Assembly: GCA_963794325.1 (NCBI GenBank)
Contig: CAWCDG010000005.1
Span: 256,001 to 320,000 of the forward strand
DNA length: 64,000 nucleotides
Source of the DNA: an uncultured delta proteobacterium
GTDB lineage: Bacteria > Desulfobacterota > Binatia > Binatales > Binataceae
Direction: 5' to 3'
Part shown: one piece after another, positions 29,644 through 40,134 of the stretch
How the letters are laid out: every line of letters begins with the position of its first letter
How positions within the stretch are numbered: position 1 is the stretch's first letter
Notes under the pieces: model-generated
What the model was told of the DNA's origin: nothing
What the model saw: only the letters and a program-made list of their open reading frames with translations
The model's database searches: none
Program-made: the position numbers and the translations under genes

Positions 29644-31707
29644 TTACGCGGCTTGGGAGGTTTGCGGGATTGCCATCGAGCCGGCGCCGACGCGGATCGG
29701 CAGGATCACGAGGCTGTAGCCGTAGAGCTGCAACCAGTTCTGGATCTCGACCGAGGTATGATTGTGCAGGAAGCGGCCGATGAACCCTTCGACCTCGTCG
29801 GAGAAGATGAGCTTGCCGGCGAAGAACACGACGTGCGGGAATTCGTGCGCGACTTCCAGGCATAGCCGGCGCAGCTCGACGACGACGTCGGGCGCGAGGC
29901 CCGCGCGCAGTTCAGGATGAAGGCCCAGGTCGGCGGCGAACTGGCAGTACTCATTCAAGTCGTCGGTCATCCGCTGCTCAAGCTCGTGCACTTCTTCGGG
30001 ACCTTTTAACAACGCCGCATCGACTTCGCCGACTCCGATGAAGACCACGTTGCGGAACTCGTTGGGAAACAACTGATTGACTGCGATCAAAGTCGCCAGC
30101 CCGAGGCCGTTGTAGCCGCTGACCAGGATTGCGGCGGTCGGCGCATTGGGATCGCGCGGGGCGGGTGGCTGCTTCTTGACCGAGTACAATTTCGGCAGGA
30201 TGTCGGCCTCGAGCTGTTCGATTGCCTTCGAGACCCGCTCGTAATGCCGCCGGACTGTGTGACACAGCGCGATCAGACCTCCCGTGATGACGACGGTCAC
30301 CCATCCTCCGTCGTGGAACTTGAGTGTCAGCGTGATCACCAGGATGGTCGCGGTAAAGAAGGTTCCGATGCCGTTGATGATCAGCTTGCGGAGCCATCGC
30401 TTTTCGGTCTTGCGCTCAAGCCACCAATGCGTCGTCATCCCGAGTTGCGAGAGCGTGAACGTCACGAAAACGTTGATCGCGTAGAGGACGACCAGCACAT
30501 CGACCTTCGCCTCGGTGCCTATTAGCAACAGGATTGCGGCGAGTCCGATCGTGATGACGCCGTCCTGCGTCACCAGCCGCGCGCTCAGGTTGGCGAAGCG
30601 CCGCGGCAGCCATCGGTCACTCGCCATCGTGGCAAGCACTCGCGGTCCGTCAACGAACCCGGTCTGCGCGGCGACGAACAGCAGCGCGCCCTCGGTCAGC
30701 AGCGCGAAGGTGATTATCTCGGGCCCGACGTGCAAGCCGAATATCTGCCAGTTGGACGCCAGCCGCTCGAACATCACGGCGTTGAGGGTCTTGCCGGCTT
30801 CGGCCTCGACGTTGAGCAGCAGGTAGCCGAGCAGGATTCCGCCGGCGACAAAGGCGAGCGATAGCGCCATGTAGATCATCGTGCGCTTGCCGGTCTCGGC
30901 GCGCGGCTCGCGTAGAATCGGGAGGCCGTTGCTGACCGCCTCGATCCCGGTGTAAGTGCCGCCGCCGAGGCTGTAGGCGCGGAAGAAAATCACCGCGAGC
31001 GCGAGCATCCCGATGCTGTTGGCGCTGGCGTGGACTTCGCGCACGGCATGGCCGACGATTGACGGAAGCTCGGGAGCGCGGCTCAGGATCGCGTAGCCAA
31101 CCAGCCACGCGTGCATGATGATGAAGGCGATGAAAATCGGCAGCAGCGACAGGACCGATTCCTTCACTCCACGCAGATTCATCAGGACCATCAACACTAC
31201 AACCAGGATGCAGAGCCAGAACTTGAAGGGGAGCCAATCGACGGGCAGGAAGCTGAAAATCGCGTCGGCGCCGCTCGCGATCGAAATAGCGATGGTCAGC
31301 ACGTAGTCGACGACCAGCGCCGAGCCGGATACGAGGCCGAAGTATTTGCCGAGTAGTTTGGTCGCGACCAGGTAACCGCCGCCGCCGGTCGGGAACAGGT
31401 CGATGGTTTGCGAATACGACGCCGAGATGATGAAGACCGTCAGCGCCATCAGCATCGCGAGGAACACTGCCAGGTACTGGTGGTGTCCGAGCGCGAGGAA
31501 GGCCTCCTCGGGTCCGTAGCAGGAAGAGCTCAGGCCGTCAGAGCCGAGGCCGACCCACGCGAGAAATGCGACGAGCGAGAGGCTATGGAAGATTTCGGGG
31601 TCGCGGACGTCGCGAGCCGGTCCGATCAGAACGTCACTGAGCGTGCGTTTGCCGGACTTGCCGCCGCTGGAGCCGGTAATCTTCGAACCGTTGGTCGGTG
31701 ATGCCAT
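29644..31707 (-). CDS. APC-family permease (KimA-like K+/amino-acid transporter)
   Basis: DGLSSSCYGPEE, GGGGY, DYVLTIAISIA, TGIEAVSNG, LYAINVF, LHNH. Start at ATG 31707. Confidence 0.88.
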   Translation of the reverse strand: MASPTNGSKITGSSGGKSGKRTLSDVLIGPARDVRDPEIFHSLSLVAFLAWVGLGSDGLSSSCYGPEEAFLALGHHQYLAVFLAMLMALTVFIISASYSQTIDLFPTGGGGYLVATKLLGKYFGLVSGSALVVDYVLTIAISIASGADAIFSFLPVDWLPFKFWLCILVVVLMVLMNLRGVKESVLSLLPIFIAFIIMHAWLVGYAILSRAPELPSIVGHAVREVHASANSIGMLALAVIFFRAYSLGGGTYTGIEAVSNGLPILREPRAETGKRTMIYMALSLAFVAGGILLGYLLLNVEAEAGKTLNAVMFERLASNWQIFGLHVGPEIITFALLTEGALLFVAAQTGFVDGPRVLATMASDRWLPRRFANLSARLVTQDGVITIGLAAILLLIGTEAKVDVLVVLYAINVFVTFTLSQLGMTTHWWLERKTEKRWLRKLIINGIGTFFTATILVITLTLKFHDGGWVTVVITGGLIALCHTVRRHYERVSKAIEQLEADILPKLYSVKKQPPAPRDPNAPTAAILVSGYNGLGLATLIAVNQLFPNEFRNVVFIGVGEVDAALLKGPEEVHELEQRMTDDLNEYCQFAADLGLHPELRAGLAPDVVVELRRLCLEVAHEFPHVVFFAGKLIFSDEVEGFIGRFLHNHTSVEIQNWLQLYGYSLVILPIRVGAGSMAIPQTSQAA

Positions 31708-31805
31708 TCGATTTGTGCGGCGGTCCCCTGATGCAATTTGCAAATGTACGGGAAACTCGAACCTTGCGCAAAGCAATGCGGGTCGGGTTTTGGAAACGGC
31801 CCGTC

Positions 31806-32708
31806 TCAGACGGAATACGTGGCGCGCGGCATCCCGAGTTGGTAGCGGGTCGCGTCGATCAGGTTTTGCATTAATGCAGCCACGGTCATCGGGCCGGTGC
31901 CGCCGGGATTGAGGGTAATCCAGCCGGCGACTGTTTTGACCGCTTCGAAATCGACGTCGCCCACGAACTTGCCGGGGCCGACGCGCCGGAAGCCCACGTC
32001 AATCACGCACGCGCCCGCTTTCACCATGTCGGCGGTGATCAGGTAGGGCTGGCCGGTATAGGCGCCGACGCATGGGATGAGAATGTCGGCCTCGCGGCAA
32101 ATCGTGGCGAGGTCGCGGGTGTGGCGATGGCACCAGGTAATTGTTGCGTTGCGCAGGCGGCCGCCGAGAATCAGGGCGGTAGGCTTGCCGGCGATATCGC
32201 TGCGTCCAATTATGACGGCGCGCGCACCGTCAACCGGCACCTTGTAGTAGTCGAGCAGGGTCAGGATGCCGCGCGGAGTGCACGGAATAAACTGTCCCCA
32301 ATTGCCGCGGTAGAAGCCGCCGACGCTGGCCGAGCCGACGGCGTCGAGATCCTTCTCGGGCGCGATGGCGTCGAACAAACGGAAGCGATCGACGGAATCG
32401 GGAATCGGCAACTGCAGCAGAATCGCGTTGACGGACTGGTCGGCGTTGAGTTCCTCGATCACGCGGAGCAGCGAGTCGGTGGTCGCCTCGGCGGAGGCCA
32501 TTCGGATTGTGCGGCTGTCGCATCCGAGTTCGGCGGCGAGGCGCTGCTTGTTCTTGACGTATTGGCGCGACGCGGGATCGTCACCGACCAGGATCGCCGC
32601 CAGCGACGGCGTGCATCCGAACTTGCTTTTGAGCTCGTCGACGTTGGCGCGCAACTCCGGCATCAAAAGCGCGCTGAGCGCCCGGCCATCCATGATAATC
32701 GCAGCCAT
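31806..32708 (-). CDS. folD: Methylene-THF dehydrogenase/cyclohydrolase
   Basis: VGDDPAS..YV..K, LLQLP, PCTP.G, GRSDIAGKP, GDVDF, PGGTGPMT. Confidence 0.95.
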   Translation of the reverse strand: MAAIIMDGRALSALLMPELRANVDELKSKFGCTPSLAAILVGDDPASRQYVKNKQRLAAELGCDSRTIRMASAEATTDSLLRVIEELNADQSVNAILLQLPIPDSVDRFRLFDAIAPEKDLDAVGSASVGGFYRGNWGQFIPCTPRGILTLLDYYKVPVDGARAVIIGRSDIAGKPTALILGGRLRNATITWCHRHTRDLATICREADILIPCVGAYTGQPYLITADMVKAGACVIDVGFRRVGPGKFVGDVDFEAVKTVAGWITLNPGGTGPMTVAALMQNLIDATRYQLGMPRATYSV

Positions 32709-32837
32709 CGGGTATCAGTAGATAATAGCACTGGATCGCGCCGAGCAAGGCGCTGTGGACAGAAGTCGCGCGGTTGTTGGCAGATCACACGCGCTCGCTC
32801 GTTCGAGTGAAACCGGTCTGTTAGACTTTTGCCGCTG

Positions 32838-33957
32838 ATGAATGCGCCCAAGCGCACTGTTCTGTTCGACCTTCACCAGAAACTCGGCGCACGAATGACG
32901 GTTTTCGGTGGCTTCGAGATGCCCGTGAGTTACAGCGGGATTATCGAGGAGCATCTTGCGGTCCGCAATTCGGCGGGAGTTTTCGATCTGAGTCATATGG
33001 GCGAGTTTGAAATCAGCGGACCGCATGCGCTCGAGACTCTGGAGCGAACGTTCACGAATTCCGCCGCGCGCCTGAAACAAGGGCAAGCGCAGTACACGAT
33101 TATGTGCGCGGAAGACGGCGGCACTATCGACGATCTGATCGTGTATCGGCTCGGGCCGGAGCGCTACATGCTGTGCGTCAACGCGTCGAATATCGACGCC
33201 GATCGCGAATGGATCGTCGAACTGAACGGCGGACGCGCGAAGTTTGAAGATGTCAGCGAGGCCACCGCGCTGATAGCAGTGCAGGGGCCGGTGGCCGTCG
33301 CGATACTGGCGATACTTGCAGAGTTTCCGATCGCAGACGTTCCGCGCTTCGGCGTCGCCGAAGGAAACGTCGCAGGAATCAAATGCCTCGCGGCGCGCAC
33401 GGGCTACACCGGCGAAGATGGCTTCGAACTGTTCGTGGACAAATGCGGGCGCGAAGAAATTGTTCGAGGCGATTCTCGACGCCGGCGCTGCCGCGAATAT
33501 CAAGCCGGTCGGACTGGGCGCGCGCGATACGCTGCGGCTCGAGGCGGGATTGCCGCTCTACGGTCACGAACTCGATCGCAACACGTCGCCGCTGGAAGCG
33601 GGACTGGGGATCTTCGTGAAGCTGGGTCGTCCGTTCGTCGGCGAGAAGGCCCTTGCGGCGCAACGACAGCAAGGATTGAAGAAGCGGCTGGCCGGCTTGC
33701 AAACCGACGACGGCAGGATGGTCGCGCGGCAGGGCTACAGGATATTTCGAAACGGCGACGAGGCGGGAGTTGTGACCAGCGGGACGTTTGCGCCGTCGAT
33801 TCAGCGGCCGATCGCGATGGCATATCTGACTACTGCGGCTGGCGTCGGCGAGACGCTCGAAGTCGAAATTCGCAATCGCAAGACTGGCGCGACTGTCGTG
33901 CGGCGACCGTTCTATCGGCGCGATGAGCAATATGCGGCATCAACTGCGAGCGTGTGA
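32838..33957 (+). CDS. gcvT: Glycine cleavage T protein, split by an extra A at 33441-33443
   Basis: FGGFEMPVSY, FDLSHMG, RTGYTGEDGFE in the first frame; GLGARDTLRLEAGLPLYG and VTSG in the second. Confidence 0.93.
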
Positions 33958-33980
33958 TTGAATGAGGGCTAGTTGATTCG

Positions 33981-35333
33981 ATGAGATTCATGCCACATAC
34001 CGAGAGCGATGTCGCGTCGATGCTCGAGACGATCGGCGCCAGGCATCTCGACGACTTGATCGCGCACGTCCCGGCCAACTTGCGTGCGAGCGCGACGATC
34101 AATCTCGAGCGCGGGCGCAGCGAGGCTGACGTCGTTCACGAGATTTCAGCACTCGCGGATCGCAACAGCGGGGCGTCGGGATTCACGAGTTTTCTCGGCG
34201 CCGGCTACTACCGGCATTTCGTTCCTGCCGCGGTGCGCGCGGTGATTGGGCGCGCGGAATTCGCGACCAGCTATACGCCCTACCAGGCCGAGGCGAGCCA
34301 GGGGACGACGCAAGCGATTTTCGAATTTCAGACGTTGATTACGCAGCTCACCGGGATGGAAGTCGCGAACGCCAGCATGTACGACGGCGCATCGGCGGCG
34401 GCAGAGGCGGTCCTGATGGCGCGGCGGCTGATGCCGAAGCGCGCGGTCGTCGCGCTTTCGCGAGCGCTGTGGCCGGACTATCGCGCGACAGTCCGCACCT
34501 ACTTGAGCGCGCTCAAGGGAATCGAGATCGTCGAAGTTCCGTTTGACGACGCGACCGGTGCGACCGACGCGGCCGCGCTCGATCGTATCGCCAATGATCA
34601 ATTGTTATGCACCGTCACCGGCTATCCCAATGCGTTCGGCGTGATCGAACCGCTTGGCGCGATTACTGAAAAAACCCATCGCGCGGGCGCGCTCGCGATT
34701 TCCGCGACCGCCGAGGGAATCGCGCTGGGTCTGCTGCGCGCGCCGGGCGAGCTCGGCGTCGATATCGCAGTGGGCGAGGGCCAGAGTTTCGGACTGCCGC
34801 TTCAATACGGCGGACCTGGAGTCGGCTTCATGGCCGCGCGGACGGCGCATCTCCGGCAGATGCCAGGAAGATTGGTCGGACAGACTCGAGATCGCGACGG
34901 GCGCCGCGCGTTCTGCCTGACGCTCAATACTCGCGAGCAACACATTCGTCGCGAACGGGCGACCTCGAACATCTGCACTAATCATTCGCTGTGCGCGCTG
35001 GCCGCGACGGTCTATCTCTCGTTGATGGGCCGCACTGGATTGCGCGAACTGGCGGAGCGGAACGTCGAGCTATCGCATCAGGCGGCGGAAGTGCTCGCGA
35101 ACGCGGGCATCCAGCGACGCTTCTCGGGACCGTTCTTCAACGAATTCGCGCTCAAACTTGCGAACCCCATGGCGGCTCTGGAAGCGGCTGAGCGCAAGCA
35201 TATCCTCGCGGGTGTCCCGCTTGGAGACGACTATCCCGAGCTCTCCGGCGCGATCCTGGTTTCGGTCACTGAAATGAATCGCGGCGATGAGTTCACTCGG
35301 CTGGCGGCGGCGATTGCGGGAGGGGAGCGGTGA
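33981..35333 (+). CDS. gcvPA: Glycine dehydrogenase subunit 1
   Basis: YTPYQAEASQG, NASMYDGA, TREQHIRRERATSNICTN. Confidence 0.96.
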   Translation: MRFMPHTESDVASMLETIGARHLDDLIAHVPANLRASATINLERGRSEADVVHEISALADRNSGASGFTSFLGAGYYRHFVPAAVRAVIGRAEFATSYTPYQAEASQGTTQAIFEFQTLITQLTGMEVANASMYDGASAAAEAVLMARRLMPKRAVVALSRALWPDYRATVRTYLSALKGIEIVEVPFDDATGATDAAALDRIANDQLLCTVTGYPNAFGVIEPLGAITEKTHRAGALAISATAEGIALGLLRAPGELGVDIAVGEGQSFGLPLQYGGPGVGFMAARTAHLRQMPGRLVGQTRDRDGRRAFCLTLNTREQHIRRERATSNICTNHSLCALAATVYLSLMGRTGLRELAERNVELSHQAAEVLANAGIQRRFSGPFFNEFALKLANPMAALEAAERKHILAGVPLGDDYPELSGAILVSVTEMNRGDEFTRLAAAIAGGER

Positions 35334-36871
35334 TGGCGAGCGCAGGCAGAATCGGACCAGTCGCGGTACCTGAAACTCCTTCGACCGTGGACCGGGTCGA
35401 ACCGACCGCGGGCGTGCCGCTCATTTTCGAACTTTCATCCGAAGGCCGCCGCGGAACCGATTTGTCGCCGCGTGCTGCCGGCGATCGGCGTGGCGCGGAA
35501 CTTCTCGGCGCGGAGCTTTGCCGCGAGGATCTTCGCGGCTTTCCCGAGCTCAGCGAGCCGCAGGTGCTGCGGCACTTTCTGCGGCTGTCGCAGCTCAACT
35601 TCGCGCAGGCGCTCGAGTTCTACCCGCTCGGATCGTGCACGATGAAATACAACCCCGTCGTGAACGACGAGCTGGCGGCGCTCCCGGGGTTGGCGGCGCT
35701 GCATCCCGCGACGCCGGCTCATCTCGCACAAGGCGCGCTCGAATTGATCGCGCGGATGGAAGCGGCGCTGGCCGAAATCACCGGGATGGACGCGGTGTCG
35801 CTGCATCCGGCGGCCGGTGCGCAAGGCGAATTGACCGGGCTGTTGATGGTCCGCGCGTATCATCGCAAGCACGGCGAGGTGCGGCACAAGGTGATCATCC
35901 CGGATACGGCGCACGGCACGAATCCGGCGAGCTGCACACTGGCGGGCTTCGAGGTGATCGTCGCGAAATCGAATCGACGCGGCTATCTCGAAGCGGCTGA
36001 AGTTCGCCGCCTGATGAGCGACGACGTTGCGGCGATGATGGTCACGAATCCGAACACGCTCGGAATCTTCGAGCCGGAAATCCAGGAGATCGCGGCGGCA
36101 CTGCATGAACGCGGCGCGATGCTCTACCTGGACGGCGCGAATATGAACGCTCTGCTCGGCGTCGCGAAGCCGGGGCACATGGGCGCGGATATCGTGCAAT
36201 TGAATCTGCACAAGAGTTTCTCGACCCCGCACGGCGGCGGTGGGCCGGGCGCGGGACCGGTCGCGGTGAGAAAGCATCTGGAGCCGTTCCTGCCGCTCCC
36301 GCGCTTGAAGCATTCCAGTGCCGGTTACGAAATCGACGGCGACCGGCCGGATTCGATCGGACGGATGCGCTCGTATCACAATAATTTCGGAATGATCGTT
36401 CGCGCGTACGCGTACATTCTCGCACTCGGCGGCGACGGCCTCGGGATGGCAAGCAGGCTGGCGATTCTCGGCGCGAACTATATCCGCAAACGGCTGGAGC
36501 CGCATTTTCCGAGTGCAACCGGCGAGCCGTCGATGCATGAATGCGTGTTGTCGCACGACCTCGAGAAACGCGCCGATGTGAGCACGCTCGAGATTGCCAA
36601 GCGACTGCTCGATTTCGGGATTCATCCGCCGACGATCTATTTCCCGCTGGTGGTGCCGGGCGCGCTGATGATTGAGCCGACCGAGACCGAGAGCAAACAA
36701 ATCCTCGACAGCTTCATCGAGACGATGGAGCGAATTTACGAAGAAGCGCTGAACGATCCCGAGCGAGTCAAGAACGCGCCGCAGACGTTGCCGGTCTCGC
36801 GCGTGGACGAGGCGCTGGCCGCGCGCCGCCCGATTCTGCGGTGGGAGAAGAAAGCGCCTCAGTCATCCTGA
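35333..36871 (+). CDS. gcvPB: Glycine dehydrogenase subunit 2
   Basis: PLGSCTMKYNP, AHGTNPAS, NLHKSFSTPHGGGGPG, IEPTETE. Confidence 0.96.
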   Translation: MASAGRIGPVAVPETPSTVDRVEPTAGVPLIFELSSEGRRGTDLSPRAAGDRRGAELLGAELCREDLRGFPELSEPQVLRHFLRLSQLNFAQALEFYPLGSCTMKYNPVVNDELAALPGLAALHPATPAHLAQGALELIARMEAALAEITGMDAVSLHPAAGAQGELTGLLMVRAYHRKHGEVRHKVIIPDTAHGTNPASCTLAGFEVIVAKSNRRGYLEAAEVRRLMSDDVAAMMVTNPNTLGIFEPEIQEIAAALHERGAMLYLDGANMNALLGVAKPGHMGADIVQLNLHKSFSTPHGGGGPGAGPVAVRKHLEPFLPLPRLKHSSAGYEIDGDRPDSIGRMRSYHNNFGMIVRAYAYILALGGDGLGMASRLAILGANYIRKRLEPHFPSATGEPSMHECVLSHDLEKRADVSTLEIAKRLLDFGIHPPTIYFPLVVPGALMIEPTETESKQILDSFIETMERIYEEALNDPERVKNAPQTLPVSRVDEALAARRPILRWEKKAPQSS

Positions 36872-36878
36872 CCTTTCA

Positions 36879-37050
36879 TTCCAGTTCCCCTTCCCGAGCG
36901 GGAAGGGGTTAGGGGTTAGGTTCTTCGCATCGTCCGCAACGCCGTCAGCAAAGGAGCGCTGCGCGATTTCAGAAACCGGAACCGTAAAGCGCGAACGATG
37001 CGAGCGACCTAACCCCTAACCCCTTCCCATAGTGGGAAGGGGAACCGGAA
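36879..37050. repeat. Nested inverted-repeat (REP/MITE-like) element
   Basis: Left arm TTCCAGTTCCCCTTCCC-GAGC-GGGAAGGGGTTAGGGGTTAGGT mirrors right arm ACCTAACCCCTAACCCCTTCCC-ATAGT-GGGAAGGGGAACCGGAA; each arm is itself a hairpin. Confidence 0.85.
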
Positions 37051-37058
37051 CTGAAAAG

Positions 37059-37676
37059 TCATGAGGACAAACGGGCCAACTCGAGAGCGCGCTGGTAATC
37101 CTCGGGCGTGTTCACGTTGAAAAAACTCGTGAGCTGCGGATCGATTGTTCTCAGCTCATCTTCGCTGACCTTTCTTGCATTGATCGCGCTGGCGCTGGCG
37201 GTTAGCCGCTTCTCGCCGCTGGCACTGAGCGACTCGATCGCGTTTGCGCATTGCTTGCGATAGACGGCGTGCAGCGGCTGGAGCTTGCCCCCCACTTCGG
37301 GAATCACCGCGTCAAAGTCGTCGAGCATCGCGACCAGGTCGGCTGCAACGTCGGAATTCAGCAGCGGCAGATCGCATGAGCATGCGAACGCGATGCTGTG
37401 ATCGAGCGCATTCAGACCGCGCCGCAGCGCGTCGAGCGGCCCCGCGAACGCCGTCTCGTCGTGGACGATCTTCAATCCGGGAATCTCGATGCGGGGCAGG
37501 CCTTCAGATTTGGGCGCCGCGACGATCACGACTTCATCGAACCGCCATTTGAGCTCGATAACGATCCTGGTGAGCAGCGGCATCCCGCCGAAATCGAGCG
37601 CCGCCTTGGGCTGGCCCATCCGCGAGCTGCGCCCTCCGACCAGCACGATCGCGCCCGCGTCTTTCGCTGATGACAC
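37059..37676 (-). CDS. mobA: Molybdenum cofactor guanylyltransferase
   Basis: LVGGRSSRMG.PKA, GPL, SCDLP, QPLHAVY, FFNVNTPEDY. Confidence 0.93.
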   Translation of the reverse strand: MSSAKDAGAIVLVGGRSSRMGQPKAALDFGGMPLLTRIVIELKWRFDEVVIVAAPKSEGLPRIEIPGLKIVHDETAFAGPLDALRRGLNALDHSIAFACSCDLPLLNSDVAADLVAMLDDFDAVIPEVGGKLQPLHAVYRKQCANAIESLSASGEKRLTASASAINARKVSEDELRTIDPQLTSFFNVNTPEDYQRALELARLSS

Positions 37677-37715
37677 TCGACGAGTTTAGAGCGCGTTCAT
37701 CTGACGCGCCAGTGC

Positions 37716-38341
37716 TTACGCCGCCGCCCGGCTCTCGGGTGCGCGATTTGCGCGCAACTCGGTACCGATGATCCGCAGCGCTTCGGGATGGAAGATCAGT
37801 GCGAGATGCCCGACGTCGTGCAGTGTCACGATTCGCCCGAACGCTGCGCTATTGGTCAGCTCCGCGACGGGGGCCGGCACGATGGGGTCGTCGTCGCCGA
37901 AAATACCGACCTCGACGGGACTCCATTGTCCGTAGGAATACGGCGAGCCGAGCGTGATCAGCGATCGCACTGCACGCTTTCGAGCGCGCCAGCCGCGTAA
38001 CGCCGCGCCACGGTGCCGCCGAGGCTATGTCCGATCAGATGAACGCCGTTGCCGCCTGATTTTTCTTCTGCGACGCGCCCAAGTTGCGTGGCGGAATCAG
38101 CGAGCGTTTGCCATCGCGGGTACTCGAAATAAGAAACGTTGTCGAATCCGGCCAGCCGCAGATACGCCGCCAGCGCCAGCAGATTCGATCGGCTGCCGCC
38201 GAAGCCGTGCAGCAGAATGACCGGCTCGCTCGACGGCTCGCAGAAATACGGCTCGCCTCTCTTGACCAGCCAGTCCATCGGATACGAGCCGATCAGCGCG
38301 CCCGCCGCGGCGATTTCAGTAAAGACCGTTCTCGACTTCAT
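37716..38341 (-). CDS. Alpha/beta hydrolase (lipase-like), split by a frameshift near 37975
   Basis: PVILLHG and GHSLGG in one frame; LITLGSP, D.IVP and VGHL in the next. Confidence 0.8.
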
Positions 38342-38517
38342 AAATTTCCCTCCACCCCATCGCGAGCCCCACCGTATTCAAAGCTAACCACGCCACATCT
38401 CGCGGGCAACTCGCCCAGCAAAGGGTTTGCGCGTGCGCGGGGTGCGGGCGCACAATGCCAAACGCGACGCCCCCAACATCAGTTCCGTGCCGCGGCGCCC
38501 CAATCGAGGTGACGGTA

Positions 38518-39399
38518 ATGAGCGAAGCCAAGCGCGAATCCAAAGGTCCGGTGCGCGGATATTTCTTCGACAAATCTGTGGTGGTAACCGGCGCGTCCAG
38601 CGGCATCGGGCACGACGTAGCGCTCGCGTTCGGCGAACAAGGCGCTCAGGTTGCCCTGCTCGCTCGCCGGCGCGTGCAGCTCGAGGAGCTCGCGCACAAA
38701 ATCAACAAGGCGGGCGGCAAGGCGCTCGCGCTGGATTGCGACGTGACCGATCGCGCGCGCGTATTCTGGGCTATCGAGCAGGTCAAGGAAGCCTTCGGCA
38801 AAGTCGACATCCTGATTAACTCGGCCGGATTGCTCGTCGCAGAAACGGTCGAGCAGATGCGCCCTGAAGACCTTGAAAGGATGATGGCGGTGAACGTCTT
38901 CGGCGCGCTCAACGCGATGCAGGCGGTGCTGCCGGTGATGCGCAAGGCAAAGTCGGGCAACATCGTGAATATTTCGTCGCTGGCGGGACGCCGCGGTATC
39001 AGCCCGCTCGGCGGCTACAGCTCGACCAAGTTCGCGCTGGTCGGCATGACCGAAGCACTGCGCATGGAGCTGTTCAACACCGGAATAAAGGTGTCGCTCG
39101 TGATGCCGGGAGTGATCGACACGCCGATGGCGCGCAACGCGCTCAAGCACGACACGCTGAAGGGAGTATCCGCGATGATGGCGATGCCGGCGCGATGGGT
39201 GACGTGGGCGGTGCTGGCCGCGGCCGCGTTCGGGCTGACGGAAGTGGACGTTCCACCGGGCGCGGCAGTCGCGGAAAAACTCGCGTCGCTGTTCCCCGGC
39301 GTCACCGATGCGCTGCTGAGCGTCGGCACCCGGGTGATGCAGGGCGCGGCCACGTTCATGGGCGGCGGCGCGAAAGCGGAGCAGAAGGCGAAGTCCTAG
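38518..39399 (+). CDS. Short-chain dehydrogenase/reductase
   Basis: TGASSGIG, INSAG, YSSTK. Start at ATG 38518. Confidence 0.93.
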   Translation: MSEAKRESKGPVRGYFFDKSVVVTGASSGIGHDVALAFGEQGAQVALLARRRVQLEELAHKINKAGGKALALDCDVTDRARVFWAIEQVKEAFGKVDILINSAGLLVAETVEQMRPEDLERMMAVNVFGALNAMQAVLPVMRKAKSGNIVNISSLAGRRGISPLGGYSSTKFALVGMTEALRMELFNTGIKVSLVMPGVIDTPMARNALKHDTLKGVSAMMAMPARWVTWAVLAAAAFGLTEVDVPPGAAVAEKLASLFPGVTDALLSVGTRVMQGAATFMGGGAKAEQKAKS

Positions 39400-39414
39400 C
39401 AGTGTAGCAAAATC

Positions 39415-40134
39415 CTACATGAAGTACGGCTTGGCCATCTCGTCGAATCTGCCGTACATCAGCCAGACCTTTACGTTGAATGCGTGCGGATGCTCGACCG
39501 GCTCGCGCCCTACCGTCTTCAGACCCAGCTGTTTGTACATTTCGTAGAGCGGCTCGACTGGATTCGTAATCAGCAGCTTGGGGCGTCGCGAGAAGACGAA
39601 GAGGCGCGCCGTGTCGGACATCATCTTGACCAGACCTTTGCCCTGGTAGGTCGGGTCGATCACCATCCCGCCGAACTCGAAGACCTCCGACGCGAGCATC
39701 CCCTTGAACAACTGCGCGGGATAGAGATGACCGAGCGTCAACGGCGCATCCGCGAGGCATCGCGCCCAGAACGCGCCAATCAGCGGCGGGCGGCGACGCT
39801 CGCTCGCACCCACCGAATAAAGCCCGAAATGAATCGCAAGCGGCCATAGCAGCACGTGCACGCGCTTTTCCTGCACGTTGAGCATCTTCCAGGTTCGCTT
39901 GTGCAGCGCGGCGAGCTCGCGCAAACCCAACGGCGTGCCGATCGGACGAACTTCGAGCCGTCCCTCGAACTGCACGTTGGTCGGCGGACGCAGAGGCGGA
40001 GAATGAGGCGCGCGCCTGGGTTTTTCTGGCGGCGGCCTTTCTTCGGGAGGCGGTTGTTCGGCAGGCGTCTCACGATCCGGCGTCAGCGACGAGAGCATCG
40101 CCTCGATCGGATCATCGTTCTTCTCACCTGCCAT
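39415..40134 (-). CDS. Hypothetical protein with C-terminal GNAT-like (LuxI/FeeM-like) fold
   Basis: Pro-rich N-terminus; EFGGMVIDPTYQGKGL (motif A) and LYEMYKQLGL..G (motif B). Confidence 0.6.
   Translation of the reverse strand: MAGEKNDDPIEAMLSSLTPDRETPAEQPPPEERPPPEKPRRAPHSPPLRPPTNVQFEGRLEVRPIGTPLGLRELAALHKRTWKMLNVQEKRVHVLLWPLAIHFGLYSVGASERRRPPLIGAFWARCLADAPLTLGHLYPAQLFKGMLASEVFEFGGMVIDPTYQGKGLVKMMSDTARLFVFSRRPKLLITNPVEPLYEMYKQLGLKTVGREPVEHPHAFNVKVWLMYGRFDEMAKPYFM

Noticed and set aside
32709-32837. Glycine riboswitch upstream of gcvT
   Set aside because: The region is short and I could not find the GGAGA..CCGAAG..CTCTCAGG aptamer pattern.
33436-33450. Programmed frameshift in gcvT
   Set aside because: There is no slippery heptamer or known precedent; an extra A in a short run is simpler and matches the other indels.
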